Positions 20,101 through 30,508 of a stretch of 64,000 bases of DNA are shown piece by piece; position 1 is the stretch's first letter; each line of letters opens with the position of its first letter. The stretch lies in NCBI RefSeq assembly GCF_036507355.1, contig NZ_AP027878.1. The stretch is one strand, 5' to 3'. The stretch is from Escherichia coli (lineage in GTDB: Bacteria > Pseudomonadota > Gammaproteobacteria > Enterobacterales > Enterobacteriaceae). The notes under the pieces are model-generated. The model made no database searches and had not been told where the DNA came from. It was given only the letters and a program-made list of their open reading frames with translations. Both the position numbers and the translations under genes were made by a program.

Positions 20101-23100
20101 ACTTCGTTGCTGCCGGACGTGTGGCCAGCGCAATGGATTCCGATTCCCATCGCAAAGAGGCCGCGCGTCGCCGGGTATTGTCGGAGTATTCAGATACCGG
20201 CACCGAAAAAGCAGAGAAGTATCCGTACTTTGAGGATATGGGCTTCGATAGTGTGATCGCCGACGAAGGCCACAACTACCGCAATAGCTATAAAAATGGT
20301 CGCGAAGCGTCACAGCTAGCCTATCTGCCCACCAGCGCGGTAGCGCAATCGGCGCGAGATATGGCAATTAAAAACGCGTACCTGATGAAAAAGAATGGTG
20401 GGCGCGGGCCGGTTCTCCTGACTGCAACGCCAGTCGTTAACACCCCGATCGATGCATACAACATGCTTTCTCATGTTCTGCCGAAGGAATACTGGCAGAA
20501 CATGGGGATCTACGGTCCTGATGACTTCGTTAAATTCTTCGGCAAGACCAGGCTGGAAACGGTACAGAAAATTAGCGGTGAAGTTGAAGAAAAAATGGCG
20601 CTGGTGGGCTTTGAAAACCTTGATGCGCTGCGCGGTATATTCCATCGCTGGGTAACGCTTAAAACGGCGGAAGACGTTAAGGATACCGTGGAGATCCCGG
20701 AGCTGGACGAACACCAGCAGGATGCACCACTTACTGAAGAACAACTGGCGGCGTATGAAGAATTGCGTCAGCAGGCGGAAGCGGCGGCCAAAGCCAACAA
20801 TGGCGTAACGACCTCGGTCAATGAAGACGGCGTGATTGAGCACGAGAAAGCCCGTCCGATCTTCTCAATAATCAGGGATATGGACCGCGTATGTACTGAC
20901 ATGGACCTGTACTATCGCCGGATCACCTATCGTTTCCTGCCGGAGTACGCCGATGCGGTGCAGCAGCTGGCGGACAGTTTGCCTAAACAAGCCACCAGCG
21001 AAGACGACGACAGTGATGATTCAATCACGCAGCAATCGCAATACTCCCTGATAGATAAGGGCGAGTTTATTCAGTTGCAGGTTCCGGAAGCGTTCGAGCA
21101 GGAAGTGAATAAGCGCCTGGCCAGGTTTGGCATTGACGAACAGACCGTAACTCACCCCGTTACGCCCAAATACGCGAAGCTGATTGCCACGCTGAAGGAG
21201 TTTTTCCCGGAAGGTAAGCAAATCATCTTCACCGATGAAAAAACGCAGCACCAGAAGCTCAAGCGCATTATCTGCAATGCTCTTAACCTTGAACCTTCAA
21301 AGGTGGGGATACTGAATGCTCAGACGGTTGCCGAGGCAGGTAAAACCGGTAAGAAACTGAAAGCGGTTAAACCGCCGAAAGAGTTACCGGATGAACCAAC
21401 AGATGCACAGATAGCGAAATACAACGAGCAAATGGCTCTGTATGACGCCTATATCGCGCAGCAAAATGAAATGTCGTTGGGCGGTCTGGAAAAGATTGCA
21501 GCCGACTTCCAGGAGGGCCGGACTCCGATCATCATCTGCAACAAAAAGGCAGAGGTGGGTATCAACCTGCATCGAGGAACGACTGACATCCATCATCTGA
21601 CGTTGCCATGGACTCCAGCCAGTATTGCGCAACGAAACGGTCGCGGTGCCCGAGTTGGCTCCAACCGTGCAAGCGTTCGCGTTCACTACTACTGCGGCAA
21701 GGGGTCTTTCGATGAATACCGACTGAAGACGCTGAAGCGTAAAGCAGGCTGGATCTCCGATATCCTCCGTTCAGATAAGTCAGAAATGGAGAACGCCGAC
21801 GCCAACGATATGATCGAAATGCAGATGTATACCGCGAAGGATGACGGCGAACGTCTGGCAATGATGCAGGTTCAAATGGATAAGGCGAAAGCTGCGAAAC
21901 GCGCTCGCCAGAAAGAACAGGCTACTATCGACCTTCAGAACTACATCAAGGCGCAGCACGCAGCTGGTGAGGATGTGGAGGTACTTACCGCTGAATTGGA
22001 GCGAAGCAAAGCGGAACTTGAAAAGACCACCGCCGACGTCGCCAAATTCAAACAGGCGGTAATGGCCAAAGCAGCTGATAACGCAGACTGGAAAGCCCGC
22101 TGGGGTAGCGTCCATCACACAGACCGTATGTTGTTAGCACAGTATCGCGCGTCGTTGAAAAGCGCCATTCAGCGCAAGGCTAATATCTCTCAGGCCATCT
22201 CCCGCTATGAGAAATTATTGAACCGTACTCAGAAGGCCGCGACGGATATCAAACGCCTGCGCCCGCTGGTGGAGGATGCAATAAATAAAGGCATTCTGGA
22301 TGTTGATCCTGATCTGGTTAACCATGCGAATGAGTTCCTTGTTATCGGCGATCGCTCATGGCGTGTAGGCCAATACTATGATTGTGCCGGTGATATCGTT
22401 CGCATTAAGTCGCTGGACTTCGACAGCCAGCGCGCAGACGTGGAGATCATCTTTACCTTCAAAGGCACCAAATCGGGTAACTGGGATGTGAAGACGCTGG
22501 ATAAACAGGTTGATGTAACTCCCGATGAAGATGCTGTTATGCAGAAAATCAGTGGTGGCGTCTCCATCGCCGGGATTAACGACATCGTTTCCTGTGACGA
22601 TTTCTACCGTTTCCAGCAGCGCGGCATGATCAAAATCACTGACTCATACGGCGTTCAGACTACAGAGTCAGGCTATAGCATTGATTTTGTTGGTACCTAT
22701 ACGGACCCACTGAAGCATGCGGTTTACCCGGATCGCCGTGACGGCGCGCTGAAGTCGTCAATTGCAAAATGGGTGCTTGGTATGATGTCGGAAGGGAATA
22801 ACCGCCAGATCCGTTCGGCAGAAGCATTCCTGGTTGAACTGTTTGGCTCCAATTATGGCGATGTAATCGCATCATACGGAGATACGCTATCCCCTGAAGC
22901 ACTTCAGGAGAAAATAGCGGATGCGATCGCCAGAATGCCGGAGAAAACAAGCCAGGGGGCTACTCGTAACGGGGATTCTGAACTTGAAGTCACCAATGCC
23001 ATTTTCGGTACCAATGAGTTCCGGGCGTCAGATTATGAGATCACCACAGCACAGTTTGGCACCATTGGCATTTACAGCAATAAAGCCGAGATCAAGCAGG

Positions 23101-23876
23101 CAATGGACGCAGCAAGCGCGCGCATCGCAGCAGAACGGGAAGCCAATCTGAATCATGCAGTCGCCGCGCTGACTCAATCGTGGGTAACAGCAATCAGGGA
23201 GGCCGCCACCACAGGGAAAATCACACCTGCAATAGCGGATGTCGTAAACGACGGCTCTAAATTTATGGATGCCTATCAAATGGATGCGGTGAAGTTGCCA
23301 TCAGCCTATGGTCAACTCAGCTATCGCATGACCTACAACCTGGTATCAATGTTTTCCGACCTTGCCATCCTTGGGCTGGTGGATCTTAACGAGGTTACGC
23401 CGGAATTGCTCAGCATGCGCAAGAATCATGTGGAGATATTGCAGAGAATTAACACGGTTCTTGCCGGGCGCACCGATGAAGAGAAACAGGCCGACGCTGA
23501 TCGGATAAACCTGGCCCTTGGCAACATCACGGAGGAAGAGATTGCCGCCAGAAACGAGAAACAAGAAGAGTTATCATCAATACAGGGTGATGCCACCAGC
23601 ATAGCTCAGTCTCTTGGTCTGAATTATCGCGTATCCACCGCCGACCTGAAGATGATGTACGCACCAAAATTCGCCGCTGGCGAGGTATTTGGGCTTCAGG
23701 AAGCCTCAGGCATGAAAGGCGTTCTTTTCCGTGCGAAAGACGCAATCAAGGCGAAATTCGGCGCTCGCTGGCTGCCAGCGAAGGCGAAGAACAGCGATTT
23801 CCCGGGTAACTGGTGGATTATCGAGACAAAACACAACGTGGCGGACGTTCTGGCCGTCATCCAACAATACGCATAA
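17109..23876 (+). CDS. darB: DarB-like giant antirestriction protein (N6-adenine methyltransferase plus SF2 helicase)
   Basis: 2255 aa; AdoMet motif LEPSAGTGVF and catalytic-like NVPFGG; helicase Walker A GFGTGLGKTTTALAL and DEGHNYRN box. Confidence 0.85.
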   Translation: MNKLSMGVFRCSSVSEILKYIRAITSHRAPIKYGVEKVEGKSYDRLRREANQKAIDLLNSLVDGATLTDEQRQILAGYTGEGGIGGSVSEYYTPKPIAEGVWEIMKLYGADVGNTLEPSAGTGVFNETKPVGTVMTATEISSVSGRINQLLHPEDSVQISPFEQLAVSTPNDSFDHVVGNVPFGGRDNTRNIDKPYAEETDMGSYFMLRMLDKIKPGGFMCVIVPPSIVSGSNMKRLRLRLSRKAEFLGAHRLPTGTFDANGTSTVVDVVLMRKHPAEMAEKIPLVDESTLESANVLWPTFISGKWFEKDGRRFVHGTQEKGFQGRIEVRADGQIDNQALKAKLIHRFESRIDWSLLNMAEPSPTADVVDEGEMRLINGVWQKYAGGRWIESDAGKELKIDVASYGADSWEALQRNLTTTEGRLGMTFTQMANVRDKYTTSISDDMVQLVDWINSQPEKYRERLYRGAMIGRMLIEYQDMKAAGHSAEQIEQQRLSLVSRLQAEIDRFGNPGRGPIAKLSGSGARAWFAFRGAIKLDGTISDELTGKLVTHDSSASYDSTSYQDTLRYLYSDLTRDPIQLDDFRLAFTGELPASDDELLNLLASTPGIAVSPYGGIVPFARATSGDINEIVAPKQEFLATLPDGPVKNNVLNQLAAIEEKRIKTPAENIRFKLNSRWFDRSVILEFLQENGYPDLRYVQSVQLEGDEMVSDTYHGGDGLFVGHRYGVVQRKDKETGEIRYEWDRKSGENATGFPAQLEKYLNGARIGGKDSATANGYREQMALLEDQFNKWIKTHDRYDELVAKYNDVFNSNIPYEHSGDPLGLKGLSGKRQPFDYQNSEVRRLSEDGRGILGFGTGLGKTTTALALEAFNYENGRSTRTAYVVPKSVLENWYYEAKEFLSEEAFSNYLFVGLDVLMDGDQIRQVPVLDENGKPVLGTDGTPVMRDALKLADEATITARMNAIPHSNYRAVVFTKEQYARIPLRDDTVDEHAQDMLYDFVAAGRVASAMDSDSHRKEAARRRVLSEYSDTGTEKAEKYPYFEDMGFDSVIADEGHNYRNSYKNGREASQLAYLPTSAVAQSARDMAIKNAYLMKKNGGRGPVLLTATPVVNTPIDAYNMLSHVLPKEYWQNMGIYGPDDFVKFFGKTRLETVQKISGEVEEKMALVGFENLDALRGIFHRWVTLKTAEDVKDTVEIPELDEHQQDAPLTEEQLAAYEELRQQAEAAAKANNGVTTSVNEDGVIEHEKARPIFSIIRDMDRVCTDMDLYYRRITYRFLPEYADAVQQLADSLPKQATSEDDDSDDSITQQSQYSLIDKGEFIQLQVPEAFEQEVNKRLARFGIDEQTVTHPVTPKYAKLIATLKEFFPEGKQIIFTDEKTQHQKLKRIICNALNLEPSKVGILNAQTVAEAGKTGKKLKAVKPPKELPDEPTDAQIAKYNEQMALYDAYIAQQNEMSLGGLEKIAADFQEGRTPIIICNKKAEVGINLHRGTTDIHHLTLPWTPASIAQRNGRGARVGSNRASVRVHYYCGKGSFDEYRLKTLKRKAGWISDILRSDKSEMENADANDMIEMQMYTAKDDGERLAMMQVQMDKAKAAKRARQKEQATIDLQNYIKAQHAAGEDVEVLTAELERSKAELEKTTADVAKFKQAVMAKAADNADWKARWGSVHHTDRMLLAQYRASLKSAIQRKANISQAISRYEKLLNRTQKAATDIKRLRPLVEDAINKGILDVDPDLVNHANEFLVIGDRSWRVGQYYDCAGDIVRIKSLDFDSQRADVEIIFTFKGTKSGNWDVKTLDKQVDVTPDEDAVMQKISGGVSIAGINDIVSCDDFYRFQQRGMIKITDSYGVQTTESGYSIDFVGTYTDPLKHAVYPDRRDGALKSSIAKWVLGMMSEGNNRQIRSAEAFLVELFGSNYGDVIASYGDTLSPEALQEKIADAIARMPEKTSQGATRNGDSELEVTNAIFGTNEFRASDYEITTAQFGTIGIYSNKAEIKQAMDAASARIAAEREANLNHAVAALTQSWVTAIREAATTGKITPAIADVVNDGSKFMDAYQMDAVKLPSAYGQLSYRMTYNLVSMFSDLAILGLVDLNEVTPELLSMRKNHVEILQRINTVLAGRTDEEKQADADRINLALGNITEEEIAARNEKQEELSSIQGDATSIAQSLGLNYRVSTADLKMMYAPKFAAGEVFGLQEASGMKGVLFRAKDAIKAKFGARWLPAKAKNSDFPGNWWIIETKHNVADVLAVIQQYA

Positions 23877-23909
23877 CAGGAGCGCCCGGTTCGCCGGGCG
23901 TCGCATAAT

Positions 23910-24350
23910 ATGGCCACACTATCTGATACAATAAAACCGAATAAAACATATCTTGAGGCGGTACTCCGTACAGCGTTGTTAGGAAAGACAGAAGACGAAT
24001 ACGTTGATTTCTTCCTGTCAGGGCTACGCGGGCGATTACTGAAAAATCCCCGCCTGTACCGCAGCTATGGTCCATACTGGCCGGAAATTAAAAAATTATT
24101 ACTGGAGCGCGGTTATGGTAATTTCGGTCGTCTCGTTGACCGTGACGTTCGCAAAATTTACCGTTATGACCGCCCGGCGCTGACACTCATAGCCGCGACG
24201 CTCTACAGCCAGGAGCGTTTTGATAATGGTCAGATATACTCAGCCTGGCATTTACTGCCAGTGCCTGAAGAGGTTGACGACCAGGACTATGAGTTTGAGT
24301 CTTACGATTTGGAAGTTGAAGCCTTAGCACAGGCTGGAGAGAAAACTTGA
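23910..24350 (+). CDS. ulx: Ulx-like protein
   Basis: 146 aa immediately downstream of darB; symbol by position. Confidence 0.45.
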   Translation: MATLSDTIKPNKTYLEAVLRTALLGKTEDEYVDFFLSGLRGRLLKNPRLYRSYGPYWPEIKKLLLERGYGNFGRLVDRDVRKIYRYDRPALTLIAATLYSQERFDNGQIYSAWHLLPVPEEVDDQDYEFESYDLEVEALAQAGEKT

Positions 24351-24595
24351 AAAAGCGATACTACACAGTAAAGCATGGGACGCTACGAGCATTACAAGAG
24401 TTTGCTGACAAGCATAACGTTGAGGTGCGCAGGGAAGGGGGAAGTAAAGCTCTGCGCATGTACCGTCCGGACGGGAAATGGCGGACGGTCGTCGATTTCA
24501 AAACAAACAGTGTTCCCCAGGGCGTCCGTGACCGGGCATTCGAAGAATGGGAGCAGATCATCATAGATAATGCATTGCTTCTCAATGCGGATTAA
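24347..24595 (+). CDS. Small protein (Lxc-like)
   Basis: 82 aa, coupled to the upstream ORF. Confidence 0.4.
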   Translation: MKKRYYTVKHGTLRALQEFADKHNVEVRREGGSKALRMYRPDGKWRTVVDFKTNSVPQGVRDRAFEEWEQIIIDNALLLNAD

Positions 24596-24746
24596 ACTTC
24601 CCCAAATTATGGCTGTTTGCTCACCGAGCATCGCTCAAAGAAGCACGATTCTTCAAACATATAGATAGTGATAGTGCCACAACTTCTGGCTCTAACGGGC
24701 TGGGGAGGCGGCGCTTTGTTGCTAAATGATCTGGTTTAAAATGGAT

Positions 24747-26687
24747 ATGAAAAAAGAAACGATTTTTTCCGAAGTAGAAACGGCTAACAGCAAGCAACTG
24801 GCTGTGTTGAAAGCTAATTTCCCACAGTGTTTTGATAAAAACGGAGCCTTCATTCAAGAAAAATTGCTTGAGATTATTAGAGCATCGGAGGTTGAACTCT
24901 CTAAAGAATCATACAGTTTAAACTGGCTGGGTAAATCTTATGCCCGTTTGTTGGCCAATCTACCACCGAAAACGTTGTTGGCAGAAGATAAAACACATAA
25001 CCAACAAGAAGAGAACAAGAACAGTCAAAACCTGTTAATCAAAGGGGATAACCTCGAAGTATTGAAGCATATGGTTAATGCTTATGCTGAAAAGGTGAAT
25101 ATGATTTACATTGACCCACCATACAATACGGGTAAAGATGGATTCGTCTATAACGATGATCGCAAGTTTACACCAGAACAGCTTTCTGAACTGGCAGGTA
25201 TCGAGCTTGATGAGGCTAACCGCATACTTGAATTTACCACCAAGGGTTCAAGCAGTCATAGTGCATGGCTGACATTCATTTATCCTCGTCTTTATATTGC
25301 ACGTGAACTTTTAAAAGAGGATGGAGTAATATTCATCTCCATAGACGATAACGAAGATAAACAGTTGGGATTATTATGCGACGAAGTATTTGGGCAAGGT
25401 AATTTTGTTGCAAAACTCCCTACAATCATGAATCTCAAAGGCAATCATGATAACTTTGGCTTTTCAGATACGCATGAATATATATATGTATACGCTAAAA
25501 ACAAAGATGTTTGTAGTTTGGGGCAATTCGATATTGATGAAAGTGAAGTTGAAAAAGAGTGGGATGAAGATGAATATGGGCTATTTAAAAGAGCTGATAC
25601 ATTAAAGCGTACTGGCCAAGATGCTTCTAGAAAATCAAGACCAAAAGGTTGGTTTCCGGTATTCATCAATTCAGAAAATAAGGTTTATGTAACAGATGAT
25701 GATAAACCTCTTAACGAAGATGACTATGTACTTTACCCAGTAAGCCCTACGGGTGAAGAGCTTTCATGGTCGTGGGGAAAGAAAAAAATAAATGATGAGT
25801 TTTATAATCTAATAGTAATAGATATAAAAGATGGTAAAAATATCTATAAAAAACAGCGGCCTGCTCTTGGAGAGCTACCAACTAAAAAGCCAAAATCAAT
25901 TTGGTATAAACCTGAATATAGTACAAGCACGGCGACAACTGAGCTTAAAAATCTTTTAGGTGCAAAATTATTTGAAGGACCAAAACCTGTTCCTCTTATA
26001 ACCGATCTTGTAAAAATAGGAACAAAAAAGGATTCATTAGTTCTTGACTTTTTTGCTGGCTCTGGTACGACAGCAGAAGCTGTTGCATATTTAAATGAAA
26101 AAGATTCAGGCTGTAGGAATTTTATATGCATACAAAAAGATGAAGTTATAAATAAAACAAAGAATGCCTATTCTCTTGGCTATAGATCTATTTTTGAAAT
26201 AACAAAAAAAAGGATACAGGAGGTATTTAAAAAAAGCACAACCACAAGTGATAATGCGGCTAAAATAGGTTTCAAAGTGATTCATACTATTGATGACTTT
26301 AGAGCAAAAGTTGAGTCTGAACTTACGCTCACTAATCATACATTCTTTGATGATGCGGTATTAACGCCTGAACAGTATGATGCCCTATTGACTACATGGT
26401 GTGTATATGATGGTAGCTTGTTAACAACACCTATTGAAGATGTTGATCTTAGTGGCTATACAGCACACTTTTGCAATGGCCGTCTGTATTTGATTGCACC
26501 TAATTTTACTAGCGAAGCATTGAAAGCGTTGCTCCAAAAGCTGGATTCAGATGAAGATTTTGCCCCAAACAAAGTCGTGTTTTATGGTTGTAACTTTGAA
26601 AGTGCAAAACAAAGGGAGCTTAATGAGGCGCTAAAAAGTTATGCTAACAAAAAATCTATTGAGTTAGATTTAGTGGTAAGGAACTAA
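24747..26687 (+). CDS. mod: Type III R-M Mod subunit (N6-adenine methyltransferase)
   Basis: 646 aa from MKKETIF; DPPYNTG motif; strongly AT-rich. Confidence 0.9.
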   Translation: MKKETIFSEVETANSKQLAVLKANFPQCFDKNGAFIQEKLLEIIRASEVELSKESYSLNWLGKSYARLLANLPPKTLLAEDKTHNQQEENKNSQNLLIKGDNLEVLKHMVNAYAEKVNMIYIDPPYNTGKDGFVYNDDRKFTPEQLSELAGIELDEANRILEFTTKGSSSHSAWLTFIYPRLYIARELLKEDGVIFISIDDNEDKQLGLLCDEVFGQGNFVAKLPTIMNLKGNHDNFGFSDTHEYIYVYAKNKDVCSLGQFDIDESEVEKEWDEDEYGLFKRADTLKRTGQDASRKSRPKGWFPVFINSENKVYVTDDDKPLNEDDYVLYPVSPTGEELSWSWGKKKINDEFYNLIVIDIKDGKNIYKKQRPALGELPTKKPKSIWYKPEYSTSTATTELKNLLGAKLFEGPKPVPLITDLVKIGTKKDSLVLDFFAGSGTTAEAVAYLNEKDSGCRNFICIQKDEVINKTKNAYSLGYRSIFEITKKRIQEVFKKSTTTSDNAAKIGFKVIHTIDDFRAKVESELTLTNHTFFDDAVLTPEQYDALLTTWCVYDGSLLTTPIEDVDLSGYTAHFCNGRLYLIAPNFTSEALKALLQKLDSDEDFAPNKVVFYGCNFESAKQRELNEALKSYANKKSIELDLVVRN

Positions 26688-26689
26688 TC

Positions 26690-29602
26690 ATGTCAAAAGG
26701 GTTCACATTCGAAAAGAACTTACCGCATCAGAAAGCAGGTGTCGATGCGGTGATGAACGTTTTTGTTTCCGCGACATCTCATCAGGAGGATAATGTTTCT
26801 ATTCGCCTGTTAGTTAATCCAGAATTACGGCTTACTGAACAGCAATACTATAAAAATATAAAAAAAGTTCAGGAACTCAATGGTATTGAACATGTAAAAA
26901 ATAATTACGATGCTAGAAGCAACGTAATTGATGTTTCTATGGAGACAGGTACAGGTAAAACGTATACCTACACTAAAACAATTTTTGATCTGAACAAATC
27001 ATTTGGCATTAATAAGTTTATCATTATTGTTCCTACTCTATCGATCAAAGCTGGAACAGTGAACTTTTTGAAAAGCGATGCGTTAAAAGAACACTTTAGA
27101 GATGATTATGAGCGTGAAATAAAGACTTACGTTGTTGAAAGTCAGAAAAATGCCGGTAAAAGCACAAAATCGTATATGCCTCAAGCTATACATGATTTTG
27201 TTGAAGCTAGTAATTTCAATAAGAAATATATACACGTTCTTGTTATTAACACGGGAATGATTCACTCTAAGAATTTAAATTCCACTTATGATGTTGGCTT
27301 GCTTGACAATCATTTTGATTCTCCCTTTTCAGCTCTTGGTGCGGTAAAACCATTCATTATCATTGATGAACCACATAAATTTCCTACTGGTAAAAAGACA
27401 TGGGAAAATATAGAGAAGTTTAATGCTCAATATATTATCCGCTACGGTGCGACCTTTAGTGAAGGCTATAAGAATTTAGTTTATCGACTTACAGCTGTGG
27501 ATGCATTTAATGAAGACCTTGTTAAAGGTATTGATGCGTACATTGAGGATATTGTTGGTGATGGTGACGCCAACCTAAAGTTCATTAAATCTGATGGGGA
27601 AGAAGTTACATTTGAGCTAAATGAAAATAACAAGAAAACTTTATTTAAGTTAACAAAAGGTGAATCTCTATCTAAGACACATAGTGCTATTCACGATTTA
27701 ACTCTTGATGCCTTAGGCAAGAATACAGTAGTGTTGAGTAATGGTATTGAGCTAAAAATTGGTTGCTCAATAAACCCCTATTCTTACGATCAGACACTTG
27801 CTGACAGCATGATGAGGAAAGCTATCAAAGAACACTTTAAGTTAGAAAAAGAGTTTCTGACACAAAGGCCACGCATAAAGCCTCTTACTCTTTTCTTTAT
27901 TGATGATATTGAAGGTTATCGTGACGGTAATAATATTGCCGGAAGTTTGAAAGCTAAGTTCGAAGAATATGTTTTGGCAGAAGCTAATGAACTGTTAAAA
28001 ATAGAAAAAGATGAGTTTTATAGTAACTATCTTGAAAAAACAGTTAAAGATATATCTTCCGTTCATGGCGGTTATTTTTCAAAAGATAACAGTGATAAGG
28101 ATGATAAAATCGAGAAGGAAATCAACGAAATCCTTCATGACAAAGAGCTTTTGCTGTCTTTAGATAATCCACGTCGTTTCATTTTCTCCAAATGGACGTT
28201 GCGTGAGGGATGGGATAATCCTAATGTCTTTCAGATCTGTAAGCTCCGTTCGAGCGGTAGTACCACATCCAAGCTTCAAGAGGTAGGGCGCGGTTTGCGT
28301 CTTCCTGTGAATGAATACATGTGTCGAGTGAAAGACCGCAATTTTACCCTTAAATATTATGTCGATTTTACAGAAAAGGATTTTGTTGACTCACTTGTTA
28401 AAGAGGTCAATGAGAGTTCTTTCAAAGAAAGGGTTCCAAGTAAGTTTACTCAAGAGCTTAAGGAACAAATCAGGGCTCAGTATCCTGAGCTTTCATCCAG
28501 AGCACTAATGAATGAACTTTTCAATGATGAAATCATTGATGACAATGATAATTTCAAAGATTCAGATGCCTACAGCCGCTTAAAATCCAAATATCCAGCA
28601 GCATTCCCTATAGGAGTGAAACCAGGTAAAATCAAAAAAGCTACTGATGGAAAAAGACGCACTAAAATGCGTGTTGGTAAGTTCAGTGAGCTGAAAGAAC
28701 TATGGGAATTAATCAATCAAAAAGCGGTGATTGAGTACAAAATAAACAGTGAAAATGAGTTTTTATCCATTTTCAAGTCATTCATGCTCGAAGAAACAGA
28801 ACGATTTACCAAATCAGGCGTTCATACTCGCATTGATAAAATTTACATCCACAATGATATGGCAATGTCGAAAAGCATTGTTAGTGATGACGATGACTTT
28901 GCTAAGCTAAACACAATGAGTTATCGAGAGTTTCTCGATAACTTATCACAGACTATTTTTGTTAAACACGATACTTTACATAAAGTTTTTTGTGATATAA
29001 AAGACACTATTAATATCACTGAATACCTGAATATTCAAACAATCAGAAAAATTAAATCTGGTTTTAGTAAGTATTTGTTGAACAATTCGTTTAATAAATT
29101 CAGCCTCGGATATAATTTGATTTCGGGTTCAATTCATCCCACAAAGTTCACAAATGCTGATGGTAAGCCTCTAGACGAGGTATTATCAAGTGATCTTGGT
29201 GTATTACAGGATAATTCAAAAGCACCATTAGATACTTATCTTTTTGAAGAAGTTTTTTATGATTCAGAGCTTGAAAGGCGTAATATAACAGATAGAGAGA
29301 TCCAGTCTGTTGTTGTTTTTTCAAAGATACCGAAGAATTCTATTAAGATCCCGGTAGCTGGTGGATACACTTACTCACCCGATTTTGCTTATGTTGTAAA
29401 AACAGCAGAAGGTGATTATCTTAACTTTATCATTGAAACAAAAAACGTAGATAGTAAGGATAGTTTACGGCTTGAAGAAAAAAAGAAAATTGAACATGCC
29501 CAGGCGCTTTTCAATCAAATAAGTCAGTCTGTTAAAGTTGAATTCAAAACGCAGTTTGCTAATGATGATATTTATCAGTTAATCAAGAGCGCATTACCAT
29601 AA
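26690..29602 (+). CDS. res: Type III R-M Res subunit (helicase-nuclease)
   Basis: 970 aa; Walker A ETGTGKTYTYT and IIIDEPHKF box; starts 3 bp after the mod stop. Confidence 0.9.
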   Translation: MSKGFTFEKNLPHQKAGVDAVMNVFVSATSHQEDNVSIRLLVNPELRLTEQQYYKNIKKVQELNGIEHVKNNYDARSNVIDVSMETGTGKTYTYTKTIFDLNKSFGINKFIIIVPTLSIKAGTVNFLKSDALKEHFRDDYEREIKTYVVESQKNAGKSTKSYMPQAIHDFVEASNFNKKYIHVLVINTGMIHSKNLNSTYDVGLLDNHFDSPFSALGAVKPFIIIDEPHKFPTGKKTWENIEKFNAQYIIRYGATFSEGYKNLVYRLTAVDAFNEDLVKGIDAYIEDIVGDGDANLKFIKSDGEEVTFELNENNKKTLFKLTKGESLSKTHSAIHDLTLDALGKNTVVLSNGIELKIGCSINPYSYDQTLADSMMRKAIKEHFKLEKEFLTQRPRIKPLTLFFIDDIEGYRDGNNIAGSLKAKFEEYVLAEANELLKIEKDEFYSNYLEKTVKDISSVHGGYFSKDNSDKDDKIEKEINEILHDKELLLSLDNPRRFIFSKWTLREGWDNPNVFQICKLRSSGSTTSKLQEVGRGLRLPVNEYMCRVKDRNFTLKYYVDFTEKDFVDSLVKEVNESSFKERVPSKFTQELKEQIRAQYPELSSRALMNELFNDEIIDDNDNFKDSDAYSRLKSKYPAAFPIGVKPGKIKKATDGKRRTKMRVGKFSELKELWELINQKAVIEYKINSENEFLSIFKSFMLEETERFTKSGVHTRIDKIYIHNDMAMSKSIVSDDDDFAKLNTMSYREFLDNLSQTIFVKHDTLHKVFCDIKDTINITEYLNIQTIRKIKSGFSKYLLNNSFNKFSLGYNLISGSIHPTKFTNADGKPLDEVLSSDLGVLQDNSKAPLDTYLFEEVFYDSELERRNITDREIQSVVVFSKIPKNSIKIPVAGGYTYSPDFAYVVKTAEGDYLNFIIETKNVDSKDSLRLEEKKKIEHAQALFNQISQSVKVEFKTQFANDDIYQLIKSALP

Positions 29603-29613
29603 TTCCAGTTTAA

Positions 29614-29636
29614 AAGGAGGTGAAAACCTCCTTTTT
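29614..29636 (+). terminator. Rho-independent terminator after res
   Basis: AAGGAGGT-GAAA-ACCTCCTT hairpin followed by TTTT. Confidence 0.75.
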
Positions 29637-29677
29637 ATGACATCCAACACGACCTGAAAGAAGTGGCGCTCAGGTCG

Positions 29678-30309
29678 TTAAAAATAGTTTCCCTTTCCAG
29701 TTAAGATTCCATGTGGAACGCTTTTTTCCGCAAGTCTCTGTGTGCCGCGAATTATGTTAATCAGTGGGCTTAGTAACGATGGTTCCTGGCGTGGCTCAAC
29801 TTCTCCAGCCATTGCCCTGATGTAGTCGGAGTTTGCAACGTTGTTGTATTCCGTTGCGAAGCAGCATAACAACGTCAGAACGTGCTCTGTCGTTATTTCG
29901 CTCCAGTTGATGTTGAAAAATTCATCGCCTTTTTTGTCATGTTCGGAATCGAAGATGCTTTGGTGGAGGATGTATTTGCCGGATTCCTTGCGCGGTAACT
30001 TGATCGCTTTCTGGCGTTCTAATTCCTTGTAAATCTGCATTGCTTCAATCAGTACCGGTCTACCGTTCATGAAGGGATCACGCAACCTTACACGCTGGCC
30101 AACTCGTCCAGTAATAAAGCTGTTTTCCTCTTCCACCAGCACGATAAAACCCTTTTCCTCTTTTTCTCGCAATTCGCGCAGCAGCTGGAGTTCCATATCG
30201 CGGCGGCGTTCAGGGTAGCTGGTCCGCTCAGCCATTATCAGCTCGTTATTGATCCATGCAGCAGTCATTGACGCCGGTTTGCCGACGCTCATCGAAACAA
30301 CGCATATTT
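29678..30309 (-). CDS. Hypothetical protein (Mat-like by position)
   Basis: ORF-track 29678..30466; probable start MDKKICVV. Confidence 0.4.
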
Positions 30310-30508
30310 TCTTATCCATAGCGCCCCCTACAAAAAAGAAAAGCCACCAGCGGCGGCTTAGCAATACAACTGAAGGTAGCGCCCGGTACTCAGACTGTGC
30401 CGTCCATGGAATATTTGAAAAGGGATCCATCCGTACCGGGCGTGTGATGATTCTGACTGAAGTCACTTGTCAGTTGTCAATCATTTATCATTAAAAATAA
30501 TATATTTA

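Noticed and set aside
17429-23917. Numerous 60-175-aa ORFs on both strands inside darB
   Set aside because: All lie within the continuous 2255-aa frame, which has coherent methyltransferase and helicase motifs; they are treated as shadow ORFs.
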